From: a virus
Lineage: Duplodnaviria; Caudoviricetes
IMG/VR virus record: IMGVR_UViG_3300032053_000108
Coordinates: 1-52,267 of that record
Reading direction: 5' to 3' (one strand)
Length of the DNA stretch: 52,267 nt
Below, piece after piece: positions 19,289 through 29,823 of this stretch; position 1 is the first letter of the stretch, and each line of letters begins with the position of its first letter. The position numbers were made by a program, and so were the translations under genes. Under the pieces are notes generated by a model, which was not told where the DNA came from, searched no databases, and saw only the letters and a program-made list of their open reading frames with translations.

Positions 19289-19381
19289 GTATTATTACTA
19301 TGACAAATGGCGGCAAGCGTTTGTCGTCTGAAATCATAGAAGAAAGAAATCGTTTGTCATCTAAAGTCAAGGAGTTGAAGC

Positions 19382-19858
19382 ATGTCTCGTGGGATTGAGT
19401 GGTGGGATCGTTGGTTTTTAGGAATGGCTGATTACATTTCTACTGCTTCTAAAGACCCTTCAACTAAAGTGGGGGCGGTCATAGTTGATCCACAAAGAAG
19501 AGTTGTGTCCACTGGATACAATGGCTTGCCACAAGGCGTCGAAGACACTGATGAGCGATTGAACAATCGTGAAATCAAATACAAGATGATCGTTCACGGC
19601 GAGCGTAATGCGTTGTTGTTTGCTGGACGGCCTGTCACGGGCTGCACGCTTTACACGATGCCATTCATGCCATGTGCGACCTGTGCCAGCATGGTTATCC
19701 AAGCAGGCATCAGAAGGGTCGTCGCACCATACAGCGATAACCCACGATGGGTAGAAGACTTTAAGCTCACCGAGCAGTTGTTCAGTGAAGCCGGAGTTGA
19801 ATTGGTTCTTTTACACGGAGACGACAGTGGCAACCAAGCTAACAAAGCCAGTAACTAG
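19382..19858 (+). CDS. dCMP deaminase
   Basis: SKDPSTKVGAVI, TGYNG, HGERNA, PCATC. Confidence 0.93.
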   Translation: MSRGIEWWDRWFLGMADYISTASKDPSTKVGAVIVDPQRRVVSTGYNGLPQGVEDTDERLNNREIKYKMIVHGERNALLFAGRPVTGCTLYTMPFMPCATCASMVIQAGIRRVVAPYSDNPRWVEDFKLTEQLFSEAGVELVLLHGDDSGNQANKASN

Positions 19859-20063
19859 AGTTGTTGACATCAAGGACATTAACGACGTTGTAGGGGAGGT
19901 TGCCGTCACCATCACTGGCAGCGGCATTGTCTTTTCAAAAGGACGAAGAAAATTTGGTGTGATCCCGTGGGCATCCATTACAAAACTTGTGACCTTGCCC
20001 GGCAGTATTCCAGCTAAATTTGCGGGAAATCCAATGGGTTGGCTGACTGAATTGGGCAAATGA
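19827..20063 (+). CDS. Small hypothetical protein
   Basis: GTG start after GGAG; stop overlaps the next ATG. Confidence 0.55.
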   Translation: MATKLTKPVTRVVDIKDINDVVGEVAVTITGSGIVFSKGRRKFGVIPWASITKLVTLPGSIPAKFAGNPMGWLTELGK

Positions 20064-20917
20064 AATTATCGTTTACTTTAGGTGGAGGACTTGGGGATTA
20101 CATCCTCAATTATTTAGGTGATCCGGGCAACCGGCTTGCTTACATTATGATGGCAGTGCCGGACATTGAGTTCAGAGTTTCTGCTCAATGTCCGGCTGGC
20201 ATTGATTTGGTGAAGCATTCTCCGTACTTCAGATGTCAGCATGTTTATCAAGAAAAGAAGTTCGCTCAGAATCGACTTAAAAACGACATATCCAATATAG
20301 CCAATCTTTCTGATTACCTTAAAGTGGTTCCTCCTTTGTGGCTAGATTCAGACGAAGAAGACATTTTGGCGAACGTGGTTGGCCCTTACGGTGTTTTCCA
20401 TCCATTTGCCTCCTACGGCCCTCGTAATCTCGTTACAGCGTTCAATACGGCTAATATGGTGCAATGGATCGCCGATGCGTCTGGCGTCAATATGGTGGTT
20501 CTGGGACAAGAGGACTTTGGATATGAATCATCCAATGTGAGACACATCAAGGGCAGTCCACGTTTGGCAACCAAGCTGGTTGAGAGGTCTGCTTTTTTCG
20601 TTGGCAGTCATAGTTCCATGCAGTGTGCTGCCTGGGTTCATGACGTGCCATCATTGTGTATAGGTCCGAGCCACCTATTGTTTCACAATCTTTACTCGCC
20701 CAACAATAACGATCTGTATTTGAAGCCCTTGTTCAAAAACAAGAACGTATTCATGATGTACGACCAAGCAGATCGGTTCTCTTATTTCTTAGACTATTTT
20801 TTAAGGACGGCCACTTCTCTACGGCCTCAGCGAACCCCCGAAGAATGTCGGAGGAAGATAGCTCTGTCAGGCATGGCTTCTGAATTTCTTTTGACTTCGG
20901 ACAAGTTGTCATGTTGA
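20060..20917 (+). CDS. GT9-like (heptosyltransferase-fold) glycosyltransferase
   Basis: GGGLGD, VFHPFAS, FVGSHSSMQCAAW. Confidence 0.7.
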   Translation: MKLSFTLGGGLGDYILNYLGDPGNRLAYIMMAVPDIEFRVSAQCPAGIDLVKHSPYFRCQHVYQEKKFAQNRLKNDISNIANLSDYLKVVPPLWLDSDEEDILANVVGPYGVFHPFASYGPRNLVTAFNTANMVQWIADASGVNMVVLGQEDFGYESSNVRHIKGSPRLATKLVERSAFFVGSHSSMQCAAWVHDVPSLCIGPSHLLFHNLYSPNNNDLYLKPLFKNKNVFMMYDQADRFSYFLDYFLRTATSLRPQRTPEECRRKIALSGMASEFLLTSDKLSC

Positions 20918-21764
20918 AGCATGGGCCGCAGTCCCAATCGCCATTGTCTCTGTGTTTTTGAACCAGGATAAAATCGTAGTATTTGCCATATAGTTTGCCG
21001 TCAGTGAAAGCGAATATCCCGATTAAGGGTTTTTGAAGCCCACCTGCGATGTGAAATGTCGCAGTGTCTACCGAGATGACAGCATCGGCCAGTTCGACCA
21101 TAGAAATCCAGGCTTGTTGATGGATGCTGAATATTTGGTCTACTCCCAAGTTGTCGTATACAACTTGTTTATCGTCATGGATGGTAAACACATAGTAGCC
21201 TTGATCTCTTAGTGCCTTGACCACATCACTGATTTGATCGTAGGTCAGGCTTTTGGCTTTGCCTACCATATCGGGAGTGGAAGTTGAAGCAAGCAACACT
21301 GCTGGCTTTCCTTCTTTGTTGTATCGCTTGAATGCTTCTCGGCATTGCTCCAATACAATTGGGTCCGGCTTCAGCATCATATTGTGGTTTTTCAAAACCA
21401 TGCCGCAATGTGCCGCCCAAATATCGCTTCTGTGATCTTGATTTCTATCTCCAAATCGAGATTCGTGAACTCGACAGGCGGTCGATAGGTCGTATATGAC
21501 TCCATATTCATCCTCATTTACAGAGCCAAGATCGAGTACCTTGGCGAACGGATGGTTTTTAGCCATTTCAATGTATTGCGCAGGGCAGGTAAAGGTGATT
21601 TCTGCTCCTGGAAAAGCCTTAGAAAAGTCCTCGAATAACATTCTCTGCATGAGAATGTCACCGTAGCCGCCACTTCGTCTTTTGATGAGGATTTTGTTGC
21701 GTCTTTCTTGGTGATCTCGCAGCGACACTGGCTTCTTTGCTTTCTTTTTCACCAACTTGAGCAT
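20751..21764 (-). CDS. GT9 family glycosyltransferase
   Basis: GGYGDILM, VISVDTATFHIAGGL, Cys-rich C-terminus. Confidence 0.82.
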   Translation of the reverse strand: MLKLVKKKAKKPVSLRDHQERRNKILIKRRSGGYGDILMQRMLFEDFSKAFPGAEITFTCPAQYIEMAKNHPFAKVLDLGSVNEDEYGVIYDLSTACRVHESRFGDRNQDHRSDIWAAHCGMVLKNHNMMLKPDPIVLEQCREAFKRYNKEGKPAVLLASTSTPDMVGKAKSLTYDQISDVVKALRDQGYYVFTIHDDKQVVYDNLGVDQIFSIHQQAWISMVELADAVISVDTATFHIAGGLQKPLIGIFAFTDGKLYGKYYDFILVQKHRDNGDWDCGPCFNMTTCPKSKEIQKPCLTELSSSDILRGFAEAVEKWPSLKNSLRNKRTDLLGRTS

Positions 21765-21813
21765 ATATTTTGACCTCGTTCTAAAATTTATCTGTCTGCA
21801 TTATAGATAATGA

Positions 21814-21980
21814 GTCCTTGACTGACTCCCTAACTTCAGTCCGTGATAACAACTCAGTTCCGACTGTCTGCATGGAAGTTTGATCTGAGGTCACGAGTGG
21901 ATAGAGCCAATGCAGGGTCAGGATGCTTTAAGGCACTGATCGGGCGAAATTCAAACAGAGGAAATACCTCGACCAAGGAT
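21814..21980 (+). ncRNA. Candidate ~170-nt pseudoknotted ncRNA
   Basis: Closing stem GTCCTTG/CAAGGAT, several nested hairpins, two crossing pairings, upstream TATAGATA, downstream terminator. Confidence 0.6.
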
Positions 21981-22024
21981 AAGGGAACCAATTACTCGAT
22001 AGTATTATTGGTTCCCTTTTTTTT
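21981..22024 (+). terminator. Intrinsic terminator
   Basis: AAGGGAACCAAT...ATTGGTTCCCTT followed by a T-run. Confidence 0.85.
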
Positions 22025-22044
22025 GGTCGAGACTATTATAAACC

Positions 22045-22869
22045 ATGTTAATGAATTTTCCACCTATAGGCCAACCATTGCCTCTATTCGAGTGCATTGA
22101 GATAGAAACGACTAACACATGCACTCGAAAGTGTTGGTTTTGTTTACATGGTCAATTGGACAAGCCTCGTCCTCGTGCGGTCATGTCGTGGGATTTGATT
22201 AACAAAATAATCAACGAGCTATCTGACTTATCGTATGATGGAGTTTTGTTCTTGTATAGCACAAACGAGCCGTTGTTGGACAAGAGGCTTCCTGAGATCA
22301 TCGCTTTGTCTAAGCAAAAAATTCCATCGGCCCGGCTTCCCATCACCACCAATGGTGACTTGTTGAATCAAAAGTTGTTGGATGAGCTATTTGCAGCCGG
22401 AATGACCAAGTTGAACATTTCTTTATATGATCTCGAATCCGATGCGAATTTGGACAGGTTGGACTTTAAGAATTACCCGGTTTTATTTTGGAAGTATTAC
22501 GTTGGTCCAGATCATGGAAGAAAATATGAGTTGGAGTTAGACCCGGTTGAATCTTTTGACAATCGTGCCGGAAAAATCATTCAGCTTACTACTAGAAAGT
22601 ACGAGAATTATGATTGTTGGCGACCATTTCGATTCATGGCGATACGCTTTGATGGCAAAATGAAATTGTGTTCAAAAGATACTGACGCATCTGGCTTGCC
22701 AGATCACTGTAGTCTTGAGAACATGACTCTAAGAGAACTATGGCATTCTAAAGAAATGGAAGAATATCGTGCCTTTTTGAGACACGGCAGAACAGCAAAA
22801 TCGCCATGCAAGGAATGCAGTTATAGGTTTCGCTGCAACCCTCAGCCCCAACAAATAAAATACTTGTAG
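22045..22869 (+). CDS. Radical SAM/SPASM protein
   Basis: CTRKCWFC motif, NEPLL, TTNG, C-terminal C..C..C..C. Confidence 0.9.
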   Translation: MLMNFPPIGQPLPLFECIEIETTNTCTRKCWFCLHGQLDKPRPRAVMSWDLINKIINELSDLSYDGVLFLYSTNEPLLDKRLPEIIALSKQKIPSARLPITTNGDLLNQKLLDELFAAGMTKLNISLYDLESDANLDRLDFKNYPVLFWKYYVGPDHGRKYELELDPVESFDNRAGKIIQLTTRKYENYDCWRPFRFMAIRFDGKMKLCSKDTDASGLPDHCSLENMTLRELWHSKEMEEYRAFLRHGRTAKSPCKECSYRFRCNPQPQQIKYL

Positions 22870-22912
22870 ACGCATATCTACATTTGGATGAAAAAGGAAA
22901 AAGGAGAAAAAC

Positions 22913-23824
22913 ATGCCAGTTAATTCCATACCAGAAGCAGTTCAATTGCTCGTAGAGATTGAGCGGTATTTGACCACTTTACAATCATCAAGTCTTTCTG
23001 AGCAGTCGGCGGCTGGTCCTGCCTCTGATTTTAATACTTTAGTTGGCCTTTTGGCAACCGATCAGTGGCCTGCGGCTGTTCCTCCTGGTCTTATTTGTCA
23101 AGACACGGAAAGCGATAAGCTCGATAGGGCAACTTCCATTTTGGAAATAACCGTTGGGCAGGGTTTGACCAACCGTAAGTTGCTTGATTTCGGATGTGGG
23201 GAAGGCCATGTTTCTATCAAGGCATCAGAAATTGCTTCTAAGGTTGTGGGATATGATCTAGTTTCATCCGGCAATCAATCATGGGAGTCGGATAGTGACA
23301 AGTTGCTTTTGACAACTGATTTCTCCAAAGTTCAAGCAAATGCACCATTTGATTTTGTATTGCTTCACGACGTTCTTGACCACTCAGATTCTCCTGTGGA
23401 CTTGTTGAAGCAAGTTGCGACTGTCTGTGGACCATTGACGAGGGTGTATGTTCGTTGTCATCCTTTGACATCACGTCATGGCGGGCATCTTTACAATAAG
23501 CTGAACAAGGCATGGGCTGGGTTGATTTTCACTCCAAATGAACTAGCAACGATTGGTGTGGGTTCTATCGCAGAACCATATAAGGTAGATGCTCCTCAAA
23601 AGGTGTTGTTTCCTGTCAACACTTACAAACAGTGGTTTGCTGCCGCTGGTTTTTCCGTTGTTTCGGAGGATGCAACAGTAGGCGATGTGGAGAGGTTCTT
23701 CTCCGATACGCCAGCAGTTCGTGATAGATTGATTTCCATTTTTCAGCCATTTACACGAAATACAGAATTTCCATCTTGGCAGTTATCTCAGCAGTTTAAT
23801 GATTTCGTTATACGTTTAGGATAA
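22913..23824 (+). CDS. Class I SAM-dependent methyltransferase
   Basis: LLDFGCGEG, FDFVLLHDVLDH. Confidence 0.85.
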   Translation: MPVNSIPEAVQLLVEIERYLTTLQSSSLSEQSAAGPASDFNTLVGLLATDQWPAAVPPGLICQDTESDKLDRATSILEITVGQGLTNRKLLDFGCGEGHVSIKASEIASKVVGYDLVSSGNQSWESDSDKLLLTTDFSKVQANAPFDFVLLHDVLDHSDSPVDLLKQVATVCGPLTRVYVRCHPLTSRHGGHLYNKLNKAWAGLIFTPNELATIGVGSIAEPYKVDAPQKVLFPVNTYKQWFAAAGFSVVSEDATVGDVERFFSDTPAVRDRLISIFQPFTRNTEFPSWQLSQQFNDFVIRLG

Positions 23825-23827
23825 CGA

Positions 23828-24670
23828 ATGTACAATGGCTACAAAGTAGTAGTTGCTACGCCCGCTGGCAGACAGAGATTTTTGGAAATCCTTTTGCGGC
23901 ATTCTTTGTGCAATCGTGACGTGATTGATCGTCACGATTTGTGGCTTAACACAACTGTTCCAAGCGATATTGATTTTATTCACAGGGCAGCAAGAGCTTA
24001 TCCTGATTATTTCAACATTGTCCATCCCATTGAACCTCTGGCCAACAGGCCAGTGGAGTCAATAGCTCAGTTTTACCGTAATTGCATTGATGAAGACACC
24101 ATATACATTAAACTTGATGATGATGTTTGCTACATCTGTCCTGACGCACTAAGACACTTGGTTGAGTTTAGGGTGGCGCACCCAGAAGCATTTCTCATTT
24201 ACCCAATTGTGATTTGCACCGGGATGGAATGGGTATTAGATGTTTTTCGTCCGGTTGCTCGATGGAAGCGATCATTTAAGAATTGCAACTTAGAACATAT
24301 TCGCCGTCATGTCGAGTTTCTGTCTGACCCTACAGCAGATCGTTATCTTTGTGAGCCATATCTGATACCATCAGACCTTAGTATAAGCATAAACTGCATT
24401 AGTTGGATGGGCAAGGACTTCGCATCTTTTGGTGGCAATGTCCCTGCTTGGCCGGTATATGATGAGGATTGGTTGACGCTGACAAAGACAAAAGAAATGG
24501 GCAGGCCCAATTACATAAATGGCTCTAGCGTCATGGTTCATTTCAGCTATACTCACGGCGGAACCATGAAATTCTTAGAAGACTTCACCGATTTACGTCA
24601 GAGGTATTTAGAACTAGCCCTAGAAATATGTCCCAAACTGCTCCCGGCTCAAATCAAATTTTTTGTATAG
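23828..24670 (+). CDS. GT-A fold glycosyltransferase-like protein
   Basis: TPAGR...YIKLDDDV DxD motif. Confidence 0.7.
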   Translation: MYNGYKVVVATPAGRQRFLEILLRHSLCNRDVIDRHDLWLNTTVPSDIDFIHRAARAYPDYFNIVHPIEPLANRPVESIAQFYRNCIDEDTIYIKLDDDVCYICPDALRHLVEFRVAHPEAFLIYPIVICTGMEWVLDVFRPVARWKRSFKNCNLEHIRRHVEFLSDPTADRYLCEPYLIPSDLSISINCISWMGKDFASFGGNVPAWPVYDEDWLTLTKTKEMGRPNYINGSSVMVHFSYTHGGTMKFLEDFTDLRQRYLELALEICPKLLPAQIKFFV

Positions 24671-26352
24671 AATTTATTTTCAATCGCCGCACAATCTAAT
24701 TTGGTGTCCATAACTAAGTTCAAAATTACTTGAATGTTATTGGCAATTGGTTTATTGCGATCATTAAGAGAAGTGTTGAGAAGTATAGGCACCCCTGTTT
24801 TTGCTTCTACGCTTTTCAATAATTTATACAACAATTGATTTTCATCTCTGCTAACAGTTTGCAATCTTGCTGTGTTATCAACATGCGTTACGGCTGGAAT
24901 GAGTGCTTGTTTATCGCTTTTGACAACAGGACATTCAAGCATATAAGGTTGTGGGTGGTCGATTTCAAACCAATCTTTCGCAGATTCTAATGTACAGATT
25001 GGCGCAAATGGTCGCCAAAATTCTCTATGTTTAACTTTTTCATTGATAACATCTTTCATCTTTGCTGGAGATGGCAAGCAGAATATGCTTCTGTTTCCAA
25101 GCGATCTTGGACCAATTTCGCTTCGTCCTTGCGCCCACGCAATAATTTTTCCAGCCATTAGCTTTTCAGTTGTTTTCTCTATCAATTCGTCTTCAGTTAA
25201 TTCAACTGCGTTCAATGATTTTGAATGAGATTCATTTTGTCCAAGTAAACTATCTCCAAGATAAGGTGTGTGATTTTTACGACCTTGAAAATCGTTCCCA
25301 AGAATATTGTGCCAATAATACAAACCAGCCCCGATAGACAATCCACTGTCTGAGCAAGCAGGTGGGATGTATAATTTTTCAATTGCTTTTTCTTGAATTA
25401 TTCTTGTGTTTGCTTGGCAGTTTAATGCACATCCTCCACTAAGACACATTTTGTCTTGCTCATAAATCGTTCCCAATTTCTTGACAGTTTCAACCATATA
25501 CAATTCAACTTCATCTTGAATTGTAGCCATTAAATCTTGCGCTGATTTTGATCGTGGGTCGTCAAAAGTCATAGTCATAGACATAGTAGACTTTAGAGTT
25601 TCGATTGTCGCTTTTGTTGTTGCCCAAACACCAAGCTCGTCATCATAACCAGATATATCATTTGGAAATAATACATCTCTAACATTTTTTCGCCAATGAT
25701 CTACCGGCTTGCCATACGAAGATAATCCCATTGCTTTGCCTGCGGCTCCTAATGGATCAAAGCCTAAAAATGGAAAAAGACGACCAAGACAACTGTATGT
25801 TATTCCAATATTGTTATAGGCAATGTCATCTTTGTTGTCCCAATTCGTATTTCCAAAATAAGTCAACTTGTTTTTTTCACCCAACCCATAAGCTGTATTT
25901 GTCGCAAAATCTCCACGACCATCTATTGCCAACAATGCACTTTGATTAAATGGACTTGTGTAATATGAATAAGCCATATGATTGACGTGATGTGTAACAG
26001 CAACAAATGTTCTTTTTCTTCCACGCCATATAGACGACCACATTGAATATGGCTGCGATAAACTCCTTTTGTACTGCATTCCTGTTACAATGTCTTTGAA
26101 CTCTGATTTAGACCAATCGCCGCCACTCCAAGGATACAATCCACCCATAACTATCGTTTGTATGTCTTCAATATTCCACCCAAGCCGATTCAGAACAATG
26201 TCTACTGATTCAGCGATTTCATTATTGAACGACGACCCACAAAAATGCTTTTTGTTATAGTATCTTTCAAGTTCAAAGTGCATAACAATTTCAGCACCAT
26301 CAAAAGCTGTAACGCTTGAATCATGACCGTTGTGAATCGAAATGTATTTCAT
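24649..26352 (-). CDS. NodU/CmcH-family carbamoyltransferase
   Basis: HDSS, HHVNH, DGRGD, GKAMGL, SGGCALN, GPRSLGNRS, RPFAP, LNTSLN. Confidence 0.93.
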   Translation of the reverse strand: MKYISIHNGHDSSVTAFDGAEIVMHFELERYYNKKHFCGSSFNNEIAESVDIVLNRLGWNIEDIQTIVMGGLYPWSGGDWSKSEFKDIVTGMQYKRSLSQPYSMWSSIWRGRKRTFVAVTHHVNHMAYSYYTSPFNQSALLAIDGRGDFATNTAYGLGEKNKLTYFGNTNWDNKDDIAYNNIGITYSCLGRLFPFLGFDPLGAAGKAMGLSSYGKPVDHWRKNVRDVLFPNDISGYDDELGVWATTKATIETLKSTMSMTMTFDDPRSKSAQDLMATIQDEVELYMVETVKKLGTIYEQDKMCLSGGCALNCQANTRIIQEKAIEKLYIPPACSDSGLSIGAGLYYWHNILGNDFQGRKNHTPYLGDSLLGQNESHSKSLNAVELTEDELIEKTTEKLMAGKIIAWAQGRSEIGPRSLGNRSIFCLPSPAKMKDVINEKVKHREFWRPFAPICTLESAKDWFEIDHPQPYMLECPVVKSDKQALIPAVTHVDNTARLQTVSRDENQLLYKLLKSVEAKTGVPILLNTSLNDRNKPIANNIQVILNLVMDTKLDCAAIENKFYTKNLI

Positions 26353-27143
26353 AAAAAGACCTTTTTGTTTTTTAGTTTATTGATGTTTTCCCAAACTATT
26401 TTAGCATAAGGTTCTGCCCACTTTAACTCACTCGGAACATATGGCGAAGCCTCATATCCTTCAAGAAGATCAAATATTTCTTCACTACATTTTTTACCAA
26501 AAGACCACATCTTTGTAGCACTTGCCGGGGAATGATTATAAGCGCTTAAAACATCATCAATCACATGCACATTAAGTTTTTTATCTTGAATTATTTCGTC
26601 TAATGTTCGATGATTTTCTAAAAAATCAGAGTGTTGAAAGTTGACTGCATTGTATCCTTTTTTCGTCAAGACGGCATTGTTTGAATATGCCCAACGTATA
26701 TTGTCTATTGGCTTGCTCGTAATTACGGTATTGTGTCTGAAAAATCCGAACGGCCAAATGATTACATCATCAAACGACTGTAGCTTTTTTTCTATAACTT
26801 CAAATATCTGAGGACACGCCCAATCATCATCATCCGTAATGTACAGTAAAAAAGAATCAGATTGATTGAGAACATCTTTTGTCTTTTCGTTGATGATCTT
26901 CGCATTGGGAACTTCGCCTAAATTCAACAGCGATACTTCTTTTAGTTTTTTCCTAAAATTGAAGTAATCGACGCCAAAACTCTTGTTCCATTTTTTGATA
27001 GAACTTATCAATTCTGGCATCCAGTCTTTCAATAAAGGTCGTGCATTTACATTTGCAGCAATAAAATCATCTATGGTCTTTATTTTATGCCAATCCAAAG
27101 ATGACCGAATATAAATGAATTTTTCTATTTCCAGCACGGGCAT
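26349..27143 (-). CDS. Glycosyltransferase-like hypothetical protein
   Basis: TDDDDW motif; lies in the glycan island. Confidence 0.55.
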   Translation of the reverse strand: MPVLEIEKFIYIRSSLDWHKIKTIDDFIAANVNARPLLKDWMPELISSIKKWNKSFGVDYFNFRKKLKEVSLLNLGEVPNAKIINEKTKDVLNQSDSFLLYITDDDDWACPQIFEVIEKKLQSFDDVIIWPFGFFRHNTVITSKPIDNIRWAYSNNAVLTKKGYNAVNFQHSDFLENHRTLDEIIQDKKLNVHVIDDVLSAYNHSPASATKMWSFGKKCSEEIFDLLEGYEASPYVPSELKWAEPYAKIVWENINKLKNKKVFL

Positions 27144-27149
27144 TTCCTT

Positions 27150-27893
27150 TCACATCAATTGTTTGACGTTTAAGATGACTTCATCATTGAGATGAGCTAC
27201 GTTTTGTACGATCACGCAGCCATGATCTACTCCTACGTTCATGTGTCGTCGATACAAACCATGAATGACAGACTGTTCACAATTCCGAATAAGCGGACAA
27301 TATCTTTCGTCAACCTGAGTCCACAGCTTAACGGCAGCACATTCTGAAAAGAAATCTAAACAAAACTTTCGACGACCCATCCAAACGCCAGAGTTCAAAT
27401 AGCAGAATCGACCTGGAGACGCCGCCCGTTGATGCTGTTTGCATTCTCTGTAATATTGCACAGGCCATTCAGGATAAAAATCAATCTCCGCATTGAATAC
27501 CAAGTCCAAACCAAGATCAAGAAACCGCTCTAAACAAAGATTGGGATCGCCGAAGAATACAACATCAAAAGAATCCAAACCAATCACATATTCAGCCTCG
27601 ATTTCTTTCAATAGACCAACCACTAGCTCAAACTTTTTGAGATTGTTCCATTCATTGAGATCGCCGCCAATCTTGTAGTATTTAACGCCGTTGTGCCTCA
27701 AAGATTGTTCCACTAGAGAATCAGGAGCATTATTCCAAGTGATAATCGCCAGCCGAGAATCGAGGTTGTATTGTTTGCGTGATAATGTAGGCCAAAGGCG
27801 AAGAACATCTCTCCAAATGGCTGGCTTGGCGTGGTCAAATCCTGGGGCATGGATGATCTGTGGGTCGGAATGAGTGACCAAATTCTCAAGCAT
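27150..27893 (-). CDS. PLOD-type glycosyltransferase domain protein
   Basis: DSFDVVF, FNAE, YLNSGVWMG. Confidence 0.7.
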   Translation of the reverse strand: MLENLVTHSDPQIIHAPGFDHAKPAIWRDVLRLWPTLSRKQYNLDSRLAIITWNNAPDSLVEQSLRHNGVKYYKIGGDLNEWNNLKKFELVVGLLKEIEAEYVIGLDSFDVVFFGDPNLCLERFLDLGLDLVFNAEIDFYPEWPVQYYRECKQHQRAASPGRFCYLNSGVWMGRRKFCLDFFSECAAVKLWTQVDERYCPLIRNCEQSVIHGLYRRHMNVGVDHGCVIVQNVAHLNDEVILNVKQLM

Positions 27894-28926
27894 AGTATCT
27901 AACCTTCTTGGTGGCACGCCTGAATGCCTCAAGGTATCTGTATTCATATAAAGAATCTGGTTCTAAGCACGCTTGTTCGCCCCACTCATTCCAAGCGTTA
28001 ATGAATATGAATTCATCCTCTGATGCTCTGAAAATTTGCTTGCGCAAAGCAACCTCAAATGTTTCTGGTGTCCCGTTTATGTAGACGCACCCACGCAGAG
28101 GGCTTCGTGGGGAATTGTCAAATCCCACCATCATTCCTTTGAAGTGTCGATTGTGTATCTTGGTGTCGTTGAGCATCCTTTTCCAAGCAACACTCATTTC
28201 ACAAAAAGCTATATTTTCTTTCTCGTAAGAAATGGTGTCTGGGCGACGTAGGAAGTTGGGATAAAAGTCAAATGCCGCATCAACGTGTGGAACTATTGGA
28301 TAACATTCATCACGAGGAAATGGCCCAACAGTCATGATTATGAACATGCCGCCAAAGCCTTCTTCCTTGAGCCTCTTCTTCCAGTAAGCAAACCGCTGTG
28401 AATAGTTTGTGATTTGAGATATTCTGTAGATAACGAAAACTGGTTGGTCATCAACCTTGATATAATTAGGATGACGAAAAAATGGCAACAAATACTGCAA
28501 GTGTTGCTCCCATTCTTCTTCCTGACCATACATTTGAGGCTGAGTGATCTCTCCATTTCCACCGTTCATCCGTCTGGTCCAGGCTTCATTTGCCCAACTT
28601 AAACAAAAAGGCAAATCTGGTTGACCGTCTGCAATAGTCATTTCCAGAGTCTTTTGCATCAGCAACTTGCCATGAAACCAATAATGGTAATAGCAAAAGC
28701 CATAAACTCCATACTCTTTTGCGATCTCTGCTTGCTTTTGCCGCACGCTCCGATCTTCAAGACAATAATACCCTATGTCAGAATGAGGATATTTGAGGAC
28801 GTGGCCAGGGGCTAACACTTTGGCCTTTTCAAGACAAGTCCATTCTGTGAATCCCTTGCCCCACCAAAAATTGTTTTCCTCGAACTCATGAAATTGAGGC
28901 AGATACATGCAAATGGGCTTAATCAT
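27886..28926 (-). CDS. WbsX / GH99-like domain protein
   Basis: YLPQFH, WWGKGFTEW, FCYYHYWF, WANEAW, NAWNEWGE. Confidence 0.88.
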   Translation of the reverse strand: MIKPICMYLPQFHEFEENNFWWGKGFTEWTCLEKAKVLAPGHVLKYPHSDIGYYCLEDRSVRQKQAEIAKEYGVYGFCYYHYWFHGKLLMQKTLEMTIADGQPDLPFCLSWANEAWTRRMNGGNGEITQPQMYGQEEEWEQHLQYLLPFFRHPNYIKVDDQPVFVIYRISQITNYSQRFAYWKKRLKEEGFGGMFIIMTVGPFPRDECYPIVPHVDAAFDFYPNFLRRPDTISYEKENIAFCEMSVAWKRMLNDTKIHNRHFKGMMVGFDNSPRSPLRGCVYINGTPETFEVALRKQIFRASEDEFIFINAWNEWGEQACLEPDSLYEYRYLEAFRRATKKVRYYA

Positions 28927-28940
28927 ACTATGATTTAGTT

Positions 28941-29822
28941 ATGTTTCAGAGAAAAGTAAAAATTCATTGCCCCGCTGATTGGAGCCATCACAGACACGGA
29001 TGGAACTACGTTGTGAACTCATTAAAAGAAAACCTACACAATGATCTCGGTGTGGACTTCTTTACAAATGGCCTATATGCCAAAATGATCTCATCAAATG
29101 AATTTTACGAGAAGCCCTGGATAGGCATATTGCATCTTACTCCAAGTGATCCAGGAATGGGACACAACCTTGAAAACAACAAGGCATGGCATCGCAGTTT
29201 AGAACAATGTCATGGCTTGTATACCCTATCCAATCACGGTCGTAAATTCTTGGAAAAATACGTCAACTGCAAAGTCGAAAGATTGTACTACCCTGGAACT
29301 CCGGGTGGACCTCAATTCGACCCAATGCGTTACGAAGCCAATATGAATAAGAAAGTGTACTTTGTCGGACACTGGCTGAGAAGGTTCGAGCCTTTTTTTG
29401 AACTAAAAACAAATCATAAAAAAATAGCTGTTCGCTGTTCCGATACGCATATTCCGTCCAGCATTGACACAATTCAATATCTTCCACCTACCGATTACGA
29501 CAAGATATTCACAGACAATATTTTGTTTCTCTCTTTGCTTGATTCTTCGACAAACACAACAGTTCTTGAGTGCATCAAAAGCAGCACTCCGATTATTGTC
29601 AACAGGCTTCCAGCATTAGAAGAATATCTTGGCCGAGACTATCCTCTGTTTTACCAGGATTTACAAGAGGCTGAAAATGTTATTGATGACCACCACAGAA
29701 TTATCTCAGGACATGAATATCTACTTAGGATGGACAAGTCCCATCTAAACATAGATCGGTTCTTGAAAGACATTGCCGAATCTTCAATATATAGATCGCT
29801 AAAAATAACCAAGTTTTTATAG
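28941..29822 (+). CDS. Glycosyltransferase-like hypothetical protein
   Basis: GT-B-like C-terminal pattern (NTTVLECI..TPIIVN, EYLG.DYPL). Confidence 0.55.
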   Translation: MFQRKVKIHCPADWSHHRHGWNYVVNSLKENLHNDLGVDFFTNGLYAKMISSNEFYEKPWIGILHLTPSDPGMGHNLENNKAWHRSLEQCHGLYTLSNHGRKFLEKYVNCKVERLYYPGTPGGPQFDPMRYEANMNKKVYFVGHWLRRFEPFFELKTNHKKIAVRCSDTHIPSSIDTIQYLPPTDYDKIFTDNILFLSLLDSSTNTTVLECIKSSTPIIVNRLPALEEYLGRDYPLFYQDLQEAENVIDDHHRIISGHEYLLRMDKSHLNIDRFLKDIAESSIYRSLKITKFL

Positions 29823-29823
29823 G

